The notes beneath the pieces are model-generated. The model did no database searches. It saw only the letters and a list, made by a program, of their open reading frames with translations, and had not been told where the DNA came from. Made by a program: the position numbers and the translations under genes. A DNA stretch of 63,545 nt, counting the filler, from Octopus bimaculoides (lineage: Eukaryota), in the NCBI RefSeq assembly GCF_001194135.2. It is 7 parts of 7 records of this genome, joined end to end, with 100 filler letters (N's around TTAATTAATTAA, not from the genome) between each part and the next. Parts side by side here need not be neighbours in the genome. Positions count along the whole stretch, not along the records: positions 24,534 to 51,871 come from NC_069008.1; 6 more parts are not named here. One strand, 5' to 3'. This document shows, piece by piece, positions 38,416 to 49,346 of the stretch (position 1 is the stretch's first letter; every line of letters begins with the position of its first letter).

Positions 38416-40056
38416 CAAATTTGTGAATAGTACATTTTACAAGACACTCAAACATTAGTATGGCTTTACTAAATCACTTAAGATCAATCGTTATAGATTT
38501 TCTATAGATATCATCATCAGCACTGATTTGTTACAACATTTCGTATCTGAACACATCTAATGTAAACAACGAAGATGGAAAAATAGCTAACGGGTGTGTG
38601 TATGCCTATTTCAGGAGTTATTGCTCCTCCAGCAGCATCACATTCAACTCATTAATCATTCATAAACCCATTGCTTAAATAGTTACTAAATATAAAAGTA
38701 ATTAAAAGATTTACTAAATTCTTAAATTACATTTTTAAAAACATGCTGCACTAAGATGTCTCTTGCTTTACACTGTTTGAGAAACTATTTTAATGGCTAA
38801 TGCTACTGAAAAGAAAAATAAGAGAGACAACTCTGAAGTTTTTATTAATTATATAATGTAGTAAGGCATATGACTGTAATCGTATACTGACAACAGCAGA
38901 CATGCTTTGGTCTTATTAGACCTTCTCAGCAAGCATAGTCCAACCATAACTACAATTGCTATAGAGACAACTTCATTATATCATAACAGTCTTTTAATAT
39001 TCCTTTATAGCTCTAATGGTTTCAGTCATTAGACTTCAGGCATACTAACATAAACATGAAATTCTGTCTGCCCAGAACCCTTGTATCTCAGTCTACACTT
39101 GCTCTACATACACATATTATACATTTTCAGAATCAGGATGATCCTGAGATTGAAAATCTGCCCTTCATTTGGTTCTTGAACATCCAGCATTAGGATCTAA
39201 TTTAAAAGCATTTGGGTTGCTATTTCTAGCTTGTAAAGCTTGGCTGACTCATGCCATCTTGGTTGGCGTTTGTCAGATGATATCAAAGATCAAAAGAGAG
39301 ATAAGTGACATTTACTTCAGTAATTTTACATTGAGATAGGAACTTTGGGACAAATTAACCAACAGTTAGAATTCAACTCATTACTGGAACAATAGAATGA
39401 CTGTGTTACAAGATTAATTCTCACCCGTCCTTAAGCTGTGATCAAACACCACCGGGGTATATAGTCATTTTAGACATATTAATAGTCATGCTATTTAGCT
39501 CTCTGTAGTTTTGGACTGCTGGCCCAGTTAGCCCTCTGCAGGAGCTGGCTGAAAAGTCTACATGGAGTGCAGCTTTTAAGCTAGTCATGACTAAAAGTCA
39601 ATTATGTCAATCCCAGTACTTGATAGCAACAGCAGCTAAAATCAGAGCTTTAGGCTAGCAATGAGTGAGCTGGCATGTGATCAAAGGTGTTTCAGCCCTG
39701 ACTAAAACTTATACATACAATGTACCTAACACTACATTATCCAGTGTGTCTTGCCTTTTTTAAAGACAACAGTGTGATGATAAACCAATAAATGCTAACA
39801 ACATCAGTGCATCTACCTACCTGCAGAATTCTACCCAGTCAATGAAGTAATATTGTCACCAAAACCAAGCTACTGGAATGTTCTAACTGCCTCTAGTTTG
39901 TGAAGGTGTGAGAGCTACTTTCTTTGGGTTTCTGTAATTTATGTGTAGATATAATTTAAAAAAAGAAATATTCAATAACTATAACACTTTAATTTACATA
40001 TAAATAAAAACAGTTTGCCTAACATTTCAGTTAAGATTCTTTTGTGAATTTCTCAT

Positions 40057-40550
40057 TTATCTCTTCTTTTCGTGAGTTTTTGTTTTATATATAGTAGTTT
40101 TTTTTTTGCTAATGTTTTCTAAAATATCTTTTGGTGTATTTAGCTTTATCGTTTTACTCTTCTTAGATAAAATGGATCTGATTTCTATCAATTCTTGCAG
40201 AGTAAATGATACGAGAGGTTTCCTCTGCCTCAGAACTGAAGCAAAGTTGTTTTGTCTGTTCATGTTGGTGGTGGTGGAGGTGGCAACGGTCATTGTTTTG
40301 GACATGCATTTATTCTCTTTGCTTTCTTTTCCTACTCACCTGGTAGGAATGTTGGTGTCATTGTGTGTGTGTGTGTGTGTGTGTGAAAGTGAATTGATAC
40401 TTTCTTTCTTACTTGTTGTTGTTGGCAACAAAGGAAATTCATCATCAAAATTGTTTACTGAGACGTTGTTGGTCTCAGAATGACTAGCCATTTTTTTCCC
40501 CACAAACAAGAATTTTTAAAAATATAATTTTAAAATCCAAAAATTCACCC
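40057..40550 (-). mobile_element. Tx1/L1-like unit C: ORF1 N-terminal fragment only
   Basis: ATG 40491 MASHSETNN..DDEFPLLP..KESINSLSHTHTHT and NFASVLRQRK..SFT..IKLNT, homologous to unit B; no ORF2 or tail downstream. Confidence 0.7.
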
Positions 40551-40556
40551 TTCATA

Positions 40557-42600
40557 CAGACAGACAGACAGAAATATCTTTATTAGCCACACAGGGCCGA
40601 ACACAGAGGGGACAATACAATGTAGAACTTTTCTTTTCAAAAAGAAAAAAAAAAAATACGATGAATAGGGATCAAAAATGTTTGGGACGTGTAAATACCG
40701 AAATAACAATGTTCCATTTATAATAGAGTTCCCAAAAGGGGAGTAAAAATGTAATACAGATTAGGTTTATCCATGGAAAGAAAAGCCAATGAAAAAGACC
40801 ATGGTAACCTCAGGCAGGGAAAGAACACAAGAGCAGAGCACTCTCTCTTTTGGATTTACAAGATTATGCTCAAAGTGGTTTCGTCATCTACACATACCAT
40901 CTTTGCTACATTCACCCACCTTTTATTGAAACTTTCCTCTCTATTCTCACCTTCCTTTACAAGTGGTACTTGTAAAAGCTGATGAGCGGTTGACCAGAGA
41001 GGAAAGTGTTTGTCTCTAAACTTTTCACATGAGTCCCTCACGCACATTCTTTCACCATAGCCACCAGTACAATGGAAACTGCCTTGCCCTCCTGGTTAAA
41101 GGAAGGTGGCAGGGCAATATTTATAGACTCAGCCAACAACCAAATACATCTCACATGTGACAGCAGCCATTCGACATAAGCCCACAAGTCTGAAATGTTT
41201 GGACATTGCACGAGTGTGTGCAGAATGATTTCGTTGCTCTGACCGCATCTCAGGCAAGTCAGTCCGGTGTTTCTCGAACCGTGCCTGTAGAATTTATCCT
41301 GAAGTGGCAACGCTTCCCAACAGCACTGCCAGACCAGGGATCTCAGGAAATTGTCCATAGGTCCTGGCCTGAAAGTGGTACTGAAGAGGCAGGCCAGGTA
41401 TTCCTCCTCGACGCCCAGGGTCTCCCCAAGAACATCGTCGCACCTCCCCTCCATTAATCCTCTATAAAACACCTTTGTGGAATTGAAGTCGCACAAGTTT
41501 GATCCCGGATGACAGAATTGCTCAAGAATAGGGCGGCACGTGTGGTGCCATTCGCCCAGCTTTGGTCTCTGTTTTATCCAAGACCGCTGTTCAGTCAATA
41601 AGACGAGATGTCACAATCTCAGTGCACGACTGCACATCATCAACCACATGCCCAGCCCTCCATTTAGCAGGTGTTGACAGCAAATGGATCGCCTTACCAT
41701 CGGAATGCTTCCCTTTCACAAAAAGCAGAAGAGTATGCGTTCCAATTTGTTGGTAGGGTTGGGACAAGGCACAATGGTCAGACAGTAATAAATGATGGAC
41801 GTAATGTTCTGTTGATCAAGGATAACAATTTCCAAGACGTTAATAACTTCCTCAAAATTGTAGCAGATGGCTGACACCAGCCATTGTGTTTCAATTTCAG
41901 GGGGCACATCTTTTTATTCTTGTGACCCTACAACCTAGATACATAGGGATCATTACACTTTCATCAGACTCAAGTGATTCTGTAGAGTAGGCCTTGATTT
42001 GCTCCTCTGAGTTAAACCTGACTTCAACTGTGGCAATCTTTTGCCCCTTGTGATATATTTTTTATGTGTCCATATGGACCTTAAACATTTTTCAATTGTT
42101 TGTTGATTTATGTTTTCGGGTTTTCTTGTTTTTCAATTTATTGTCGTGTATATAATTGTTTTCTTGTTAATATTTTCTAAAATGTGTTTAATTTTATTGT
42201 ATTGCCCTCTTTAGATAAAAGGGGTCTTGGTTCCATTATCTGCTGTGGCGTAAATGAAACAACTTGTTTTCTTTGCCTCAGAACTAAAGCAAAGTTACTT
42301 TGTTTGTTCATGTTGGTGTTGGTGGCAGTAGACATCTGTTCATTCTTCTTGCTTTCCCTTCCCACTTGCTTGCTGGGAATGCTGTTGTTCAACTGTATCC
42401 GTGTGTGTGTGTGTGTGTGTGTGTGAATGTGATTCAATGCTTTCTCTCTTCTCTGCAGCATTTGGCAATGCAGGGAAATTAATGTCCATGAAAGATGATG
42501 GAACGCTGGCTGCTTCAGCCAAGTTATCCATTTTGAAATGAAATTTATAAAGCGAAAATATAACTGCAGCAGGTGGATTTTCATAAGAGTGCCTCACTCA
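40557..42600 (-). mobile_element. Tx1/L1-like unit B: ORF1 N-terminal part joined to post-RT ORF2 C-terminus and 3' UTR
   Basis: ATG 42531; LEIVILDQQN (ORF1, homologous to unit A LEITVLEQQN) runs into SIIYYCLTIVPCP..LERILFCFL..GGLG..CLRC..HTLVQC; 3' UTR similar to unit A; AATAAA (40579-40584) and (TCTG)4 tail. Confidence 0.82.
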
Positions 42601-42708
42601 GATGAAAGTTGATGTTGTTAATCAACTGTTGACAAAAATTCAATATAAACAAACATAAATAAATATGAGAAATTGTTTAGACTTATGCAGACGAAAACAA
42701 CAGCCAAT

Positions 42709-45700
42709 CAGACAGACGGACAGATAACTTTCTTTATTGGCCACACAGGACTGAACATAGAGGGGACAAATACAATGTAGAGTTTTTCTTTTTGAGGGGG
42801 TGCAAAAACAAACAGAAATTAAAAATAGGGACAACAATCAAAAGGGATCAAAATCGTTTGGGATATACAAAAAAGTGGAAATAGTACAAAAAGTTCCCAA
42901 AAGTGGGGTGGTTTATCCATGGAAAGAAAATCCTACAAAAAGACCACAGTAACCTTGGGCAATAATGTCACATAACACATTTACAAGTAGGTAACTCTCT
43001 GCTTATCCTTTGTTTTTTTTTTCCAGTTCATAGGATCACGCTCAAGGTGGCTCCGTCATTCACACGTGCCATCCTTGCTACATTCACCCATATTTTGTTG
43101 AAACATTCGCTAGACAAAACTTGCCTCTCTATTCTCACCATCCTTTTCAACTGATACTTGAAGAAGTTGATGAGAGATTGACCAGAGAGGAAAGTGTTTG
43201 TCTCTAATCCTTTCAGATGCATCCACCAGACACATTCTTTCGCCATAGCCACAAGTACGATGAAAATAGCTCTTCCTTCCCATTTGAGGGAAGGAGGCAT
43301 GACAATATTGATGATAGACTCGGCTGATAAACTGACTCGTCCCACACGTGACAGCAGTCGTTCGACATAAGTCCACAGGTCGGAAATGGTTGGACACTAC
43401 ACGAGTGCATGCAGAACAGTTTCGTCGCACTGACCACATTTCGGGCAGGTCTGCTTGGTGTTTCTCAAGCCGTGCCTGTTGAGCTTATCCCAAATGGGTA
43501 GCGCTTCTTGATAACACTGCCAGGCCAGGGATCTCTGGAAGTTGTCCATAGGTTCCGGCCCGAAAGTCGTCTTGAACAGACAGGTCAGGTATTCCTCGTC
43601 AGAGATGTCGCAGTCTCAGCTCGTGTCTGCACATCAACAACCATGGCATGCCCAGCCCTCCTTTAAGCAGGTGTTGGCAGCATTGGATTGCCTGACCATC
43701 GGTCGAGGGCCAACTTCGCTGCCAAAACGTTGGATGCAATGCTGCTTCTTATCACCTCTTCTAACTTCTTAACTAGGTCACCCTCTACTCTGTTTCTATC
43801 TATGGCTAGTGTTTTGCTATACCTAATCGCTTCTGCTTTTATAGCTCTCGAGGGCAAACCACCATTTGTTGTTGATGATGACTCCCATCAAAGCCCTCTT
43901 TACTAGCATGCTAATCCGGTCTCGATGGGAAAGACGCGTTTAGTTTCCAGTAACCGGGACCCTGCCTATGTTTCTTATCTAAGTCTAGCGTACACGTCAC
44001 AAGTTTGTGATCCGTGTAGCTGATTATGTGGAATTGTGGACACCCTACGCTATTTCTATCTACTGTCCCACACAGAATCCTATCTAGATACTATCTCGAC
44101 GACTCGATGCAGTTGCTCCATGTCCACATTGGCACATTCAGGTGGTCGAGTCAGTACCTGCCAGACAGTTGAAAGCGCCTGAGCAGGTCTCTAAGGCATT
44201 TGCATCCCCATCTATTCCTATCTCTGCCCACGTAGTCTAGATGCATGTCCAAGGTAGCATTCCAATCCCCCACTAAAAGTAAAGGACAAGACTTTCCTAG
44301 GAATACTTCTAGACGTTGAAAGAAAGCCGGCCGAGCTGTTAAAGGCAGTGCATACTGATACAAGTTGAAAAGCATACCCATTGCTGCTGTTGACATCTAG
44401 GACAACCAGTCTACCCTCCTGGTCTATGAATATTGTCTTTACTTCGAGATCCAGACTCTTCTGAAAAAGTACCTCAGTGCCACTACCACCCATTCACGGC
44501 AGACAGGGGAAAAAATAAATGTTAAACTGTCCGCCAAACATGGACTTTAGGGCCCGTGGATTAAGGAGTCTGGTCTCACTTATGGCTATGAATTCTAATT
44601 CATGTGGCTTTATGTCGTTTAAGAGATACCCTTGTTTCCAAGGGGACCCCAAGCCACACGCATTCACACAGCCAACCTTGATCATAATCCTAATGATGTG
44701 TGTGTGTGTGTGTAAACACTAATGATAGGAACAGAGAGTCACTTACCATTCAAAAGTTTTTGTCTCCATCTTTGGTTTTTCCTAGAGATCACTATTAATT
44801 TTTTGGGAGGAGTACTTCTGGCATCTTCCCATCGCATCAGGGTAAATGGATTTTAGTGTGATGTGCAATATTTTAATGTGTTCTAGTGGTGTTGTGTATG
44901 GGTGGTTGTTTGTTTTTGTCTTTGTGTATCAGGTTTGTTTTTGTGCTGATGTATTCCATCATCTCTGTATTTTTTTGTGTTGATGGCAGTGAGCATTGTG
45001 TGTGTGTTTGTTTTTGAGGTGTTGGTGTTGTGTGTGCTAGTGTTGATGCTTGAAAAGTTTTCCAGAGTTGTGTATCTCCCTGCTTTGTTTGAATTTGGCT
45101 TGGTTCTTTTCTTGATCCTTCCTTTTCTGGCTATTTGCCATTCCTCACTGCTTTTGTCTTCTGACGAAATTTCTGAGGAATCAGAGGGCATGTTGTAAGC
45201 TTCTATGCATGTTTGTGTTGTTGTTGGTTGTTGACTGTTTGTGTGAGGTATATGCGATGTCAGGGAAGGGGAATCAGCTTTTGTATTGCCTTTTGGTTTT
45301 TCTGTTTCTTTAGTTCTTGTTGGTGGTGTTTTTCCAGGTGCTGTTGTATGTTCATTTGCTGGTGTTGGTGGGTTTGGTTGGTGTGTTTCCTTTGTCATGT
45401 GGGTAGTAAGGGTTCTTTTTACCTTTCACTTTTTCCCTGTTGTAGTTGTTGTTCTTGTTTTTGTTGTTTCTTCACTGTTGGGCAATCAGTTTTTAGGTGC
45501 TCTTCGCTGCCACACAAGTAACAGCGAGACCTCCGACCTTCTATCACCACATATAGGTTATGGCCGTCAGGCAGCTCAATTTGGTGGGATGCTATTGATT
45601 GAGTCCTGATCTATTTACATCAGCAACTGAATCATTTTCCCCGATCAATTTTGTTGCTCTAAGACAGTAATCTCCAGGATGTTTATGTTCTCCTCCATGC

Positions 45701-46660
45701 TGTAACAAATGGCAGACAACAACCATTGTGACTCTACTTCCAGAGGGACATTTTTGATTGAGATTTTGGTCACACGCTGACCAAGATACGCCTGAATTAA
45801 AATTAGTTTCTCAGACTGTAGATTGAGTGTTCTTTGGCTTTTTCTTTGCTGTTGAAGCGAACTTGTATCGTGGCATATCTCTTCCACCAGTTCACATAAT
45901 TCTTATATGCCCATATCAGACGCAAACATTTTACTATCACATCCTGTGGTGCTTGCTCTCGTCTGCGTGTTTTTGCATTTATGATTTTATACACAATTGT
46001 TCTCTTTTGTGTGATGTCTATATTTTGTGGGATGTTGAGGTGTAGATTTGAACCTTCTTGAGTTAAGAGGGACTATGTTTGTTTTATTTACTGTGTTGTG
46101 AAGTGTAGTATGGTCTTTTTTTGTTTTAAGGCTTCTGCAAAATTTGATTTGTTTTTGTTGTCACTGGTGGTGGTGTCGGTGTCGGTAGCAGAGAAGGTAG
46201 TTGTAGTAGTGGTGTTGGTGTTGACAGCAGAGCTGATGTCTTTGGTGGCGGTGAAGGTGGATGGCCTTGCGGCGTTAGTTTTGTTGTTGTTGGTGGTGGT
46301 AACAGCAGCGTTCAAGCTGACAGGTTCAGCAGCTAATGGTAGCAGTACGCTAGGGAAATTTTTTGTTGTTTTCAGCACCTCGCTAGCATTCTGCATGACT
46401 TGCACACTGGCTACGTGGTTTCCAGTCACCATTTTCAAAATGAAAAATGGCTAAATTGAATCTACAAAAGCCTTCAAAATTTTGGAAATTTCGCCCACAC
46501 AGGGGCGAAATTCTATGTAAATATTTATCAAGTTTTGAAGTGAATGTTGTTGCACAACTTTTAAACACAAAATATTCAACAATGAAAACTTTCAAATATG
46601 CAAAAATCGCCAACTTACGTGGAGCCCATTTGACCAGCATTCAGATATAGGTATACACAC
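42709..46660 (-). mobile_element. Tx1/L1-like non-LTR retrotransposon, unit A: degenerate ORF1, AP endonuclease and C-terminal zf-RVT region; RT domain deleted
   Basis: ORF1 ATG 46438 with CCHC knuckle CYLCGSEEHLKTDC (45482-45523); ORF2 ATG 44685 with APE motifs (VNACGL, SETR, LVGDWNATLD, DHKLV, YWKLN); GGLGMP and CPKC..HALVQC downstream; AATAAA (tttatt 42733-42738) then TCTG-type tail. Confidence 0.85.
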
Positions 46661-47539
46661 ACACTGTTATAAGTGAGTATTGTAGTTCAGTAGCATTACC
46701 CAAGTGGCATACTAGGAAACTGTCCGATATTGAACCAGTGGTAGTCATACAAAGTAGTTCTGATTGCAAAATGCAGGCAATGCCACCACGTTAACATAAA
46801 AATGATATAACAGATGAGGTAGACAGTGAGTAGATGTTGATTAGACACAGTTATGTATTAATAATACAATAATATACATATATTAGGTAGTGGGTAGCGA
46901 TTTTCTTCACTACTTCAGGGAGTGACAACCCTGCCTGACACAAGTCCTGGGGTCAGCTGGCTCCAGCTGACAGTATCCAGTACGGGCCCCTATCCAGGGT
47001 TACAGAAAGGAGACAACCTTCAAAGAAATTCGGAGCGGAGCCTCGTAGGCGGTTTAGTGTTTGACTTGACACTCTTCCGGCAGCTCTTGAAACCAAGCTG
47101 GTGCCAAACGTAATGCTCTGCACTCCTTTGGACTATGTCAGCAAGGTCGTGAGAGGAATCCTGACGATTGGGTTACCCAGGATTTCCTTACATCTAGCCC
47201 AGGCCTGCACAAAACTTGAGAGGACATGAAATGTAAAAACCAGACTGGATTAGTTTATGTGCAACTCCATTGTCTCCTGAGACAAAAGGATGCCAACAAC
47301 AACAACACATATATTAACAAAAAAACTTTTACATCTAATTATAAATATATATATTTGGCATATGAATGTATTTTTTCACAAATCTCACATCTATAAGATT
47401 TTACTCCTGCATTTTGAAAATCATCATTAATGAGACCATGATTTTAATGACAAATAACAGAGAATAGATCTTTCTCCTGAGTGTATTTGTGGATCACAAC
47501 ACTGCAACTCAAAGAATGATTACCAACATATTTCTTCCT

Positions 47540-47760
47540 CATCATCATTTGTTGTCCATGCTAGCATGGGTTGGACGGTTTGACCAGGGCTGCACCAGAC
47601 CTTAGTCTGATTTGGCATGGCTTCTATAACTGGACGCCCTTCCTAACACCAACCACTCCAAGAGTGTAATAGATGCTTTTATGTGCCACTGGCACAGGTG
47701 TCAATTTGCATGACACCAATATCTGCTACAAGATAGCTCTTCTTCTCAAGCATAACATAT
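47540..47760 (-). mobile_element. RTE 3'-UTR-derived repeat
   Basis: catcatcatttgttgtccatgctagcatgggttggacgg, reverse of the family consensus. Confidence 0.7.
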
Positions 47761-47789
47761 TGCCAAAGGTCTTGGTCATTTGTCATTAC

Positions 47790-48230
47790 ATTTTCTTTTT
47801 TTCTTTTTTTACTCCAGTGTGTATTCAACCAAAGATTACAAGACTTACTCTTCACACTGAATAATTCTCCAGATATTTCACTTTGCAATAGATTTTGTCA
47901 TGTATTTAGTCATTTACCAACTGCTAGTTTACAATTCAAATATTTTAGAGAAAAGGTTTCTCTCAAACAAGAATACTTTGGTAGGATACACCATAAGAAT
48001 TCAATGATAATTATTACCTACATATTTCACAAGTGATAACTGTTCACCAATGTGTACTCTGTTAGTGGACTGTAAGTTTGAAGTTGCAAGAGGATTTCTT
48101 AGGTTTCACAAAGTTTCCCTCCAGCATGTATATGGCTTAATCTTAAAAAAACAAAATAGTAATGATAAATTATTTCCCACACATTTTCACAAAGATATGG
48201 TTTTCTCTAGTTTTGACTAGGATTATAGGT
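47790..48230 (-). pseudogene. Decayed C2H2 zinc-finger array relic
   Basis: Allowing frameshifts, the minus strand reads T-R-E-K-P-Y-L-C-E-x-C-G-K near 48170-48215, R-V-H-I-G-E-Q..C-E-I-C near 48025-48062, and E-I-S-G-E-L-F-S..I-H-T-G-V-K near 47810-47880. Confidence 0.7.
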
Positions 48231-48341
48231 AACAAAGTCTGTGTAAATAATTTTCCTCATTGTTCATAGTCAGTGTTTCTCTTAATGTGTAACCTTTCGC
48301 ATCTTGGGAGACAAAAGAATTCTGCAGATGTTTAGGGCAGA

Positions 48342-48800
48342 ATTCTAATTTAAGCACCCCCATAACCTTTGTATTCATTTTGGAATTTTCTGGAAATTTT
48401 TACGAATTTGTGTTCTACACAAAGGAATTCATACAAGTATGCAAAAGAAAAAAAATTTGTGATTTAAGGGCAATTAAGCTGTTGTTTTCAGCACATCATA
48501 ATTACCTGATGCCTTCCTCGTTTCTTTGTCACTCTGAGATGTATAGATGTTTTTCAATAATTTTTCTCTCCATAAACATATTTAATGGAATAGGGATTTA
48601 AACAAATTATTTGAAATTGCTGTATATTTAACTCTAATTTGTTTTTTAAAGAAACGAAAAAGAATGGAACTTTTGAGATTGGGGATGGAGAATTAAAAAA
48701 CTATTTAGTCTTTTTCCCATGAATTCCTGTTGCAGAACACAAATTTGCAAAAAATTTTTCTGAAAATTCCAAAAATTGAAAGAGTTCTGAGGGGTTAAAT
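48342..48800. mobile_element. MITE with ~80-bp imperfect terminal inverted repeats
   Basis: ttttggaattttc..aatttgtgttct..aggaattcat is inverted as atgaattcct..agaacacaaattt..gaaaattccaaaa. Confidence 0.65.
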
Positions 48801-49300
48801 AATAATAATGAAATTGTTGTATACAGTGCTCAGGTGCACTACAAAGAAGAAGAAAAAAAAAGGTATTAGGTGTATTGTTAGCAAATTTCAGGAAGCATGG
48901 AGTTTTGAAGGATGTAGTCTCAACAGCTAACAACCGACACGGATAGTTTATTCCATGCTTCAGCAATTCTGAGTGTGAAAAATGTTTCTGAAAGTCATGG
49001 GTGCTGTATTGTTTTTTTGATTTTGCAAGCATGTCTACAAGTGTTTGACATATGGAATTCAAAAAGGTGCCCAAGGTTGTTGATGGAAAGATGGTGGATA
49101 TCTTGTGGATGTCTACTAACTCAGTTGCCAGACATCTGAGCTTTAATGTGTCCTGCCCAAGGAAGCAAGGCATTCAGAGTATGGTAGACGCCTGAAGCGG
49201 ATATCCATTTGGTTGCACGTTTCTGAATAGTTTCCAGAAGATTGCTATGCTGGGCAACATAGGAGTTCCAGACTGGTGTTATATGCGATTCTTACACCAG
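48797..49300 (-). mobile_element. CR1-type LINE 3' fragment just downstream of the 9-finger gene stop
   Basis: PVWNSY..LLETIQKRATKWI, RRLPYSECLASLG, FTLRIAEAWNKL, (ATT)n tail. Confidence 0.8.
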
Positions 49301-49346
49301 AATCCCACCTAGTGTAGAATTCTAAGTGACGAATTAACTATTCATT

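Noticed and set aside
38897-38930. Hammerhead-like CTGAGAA-GGTC TAATAA GACC-AAAGC on the minus strand
   Set aside because: Core mutated at several positions and stem I cannot be paired; at most a relic
41800-44746. Splicing as origin of the RT-less units (consensus G/GTAAGT donor at 44746 between ORF1 and ORF2)
   Set aside because: Unit B junction is elsewhere, and the homologous position in unit A continues TG, not GT; the donor-like site is unexplained but unsupported
44883-45609. Independent genes from the 171-aa and antisense ORFs
   Set aside because: The minus ORF is the low-complexity tail of Tx1-like ORF1; plus-strand ORFs are its shadows
48646-49173. 175-aa ORF as a host gene
   Set aside because: Fuses frames of a decayed CR1 fragment and a MITE
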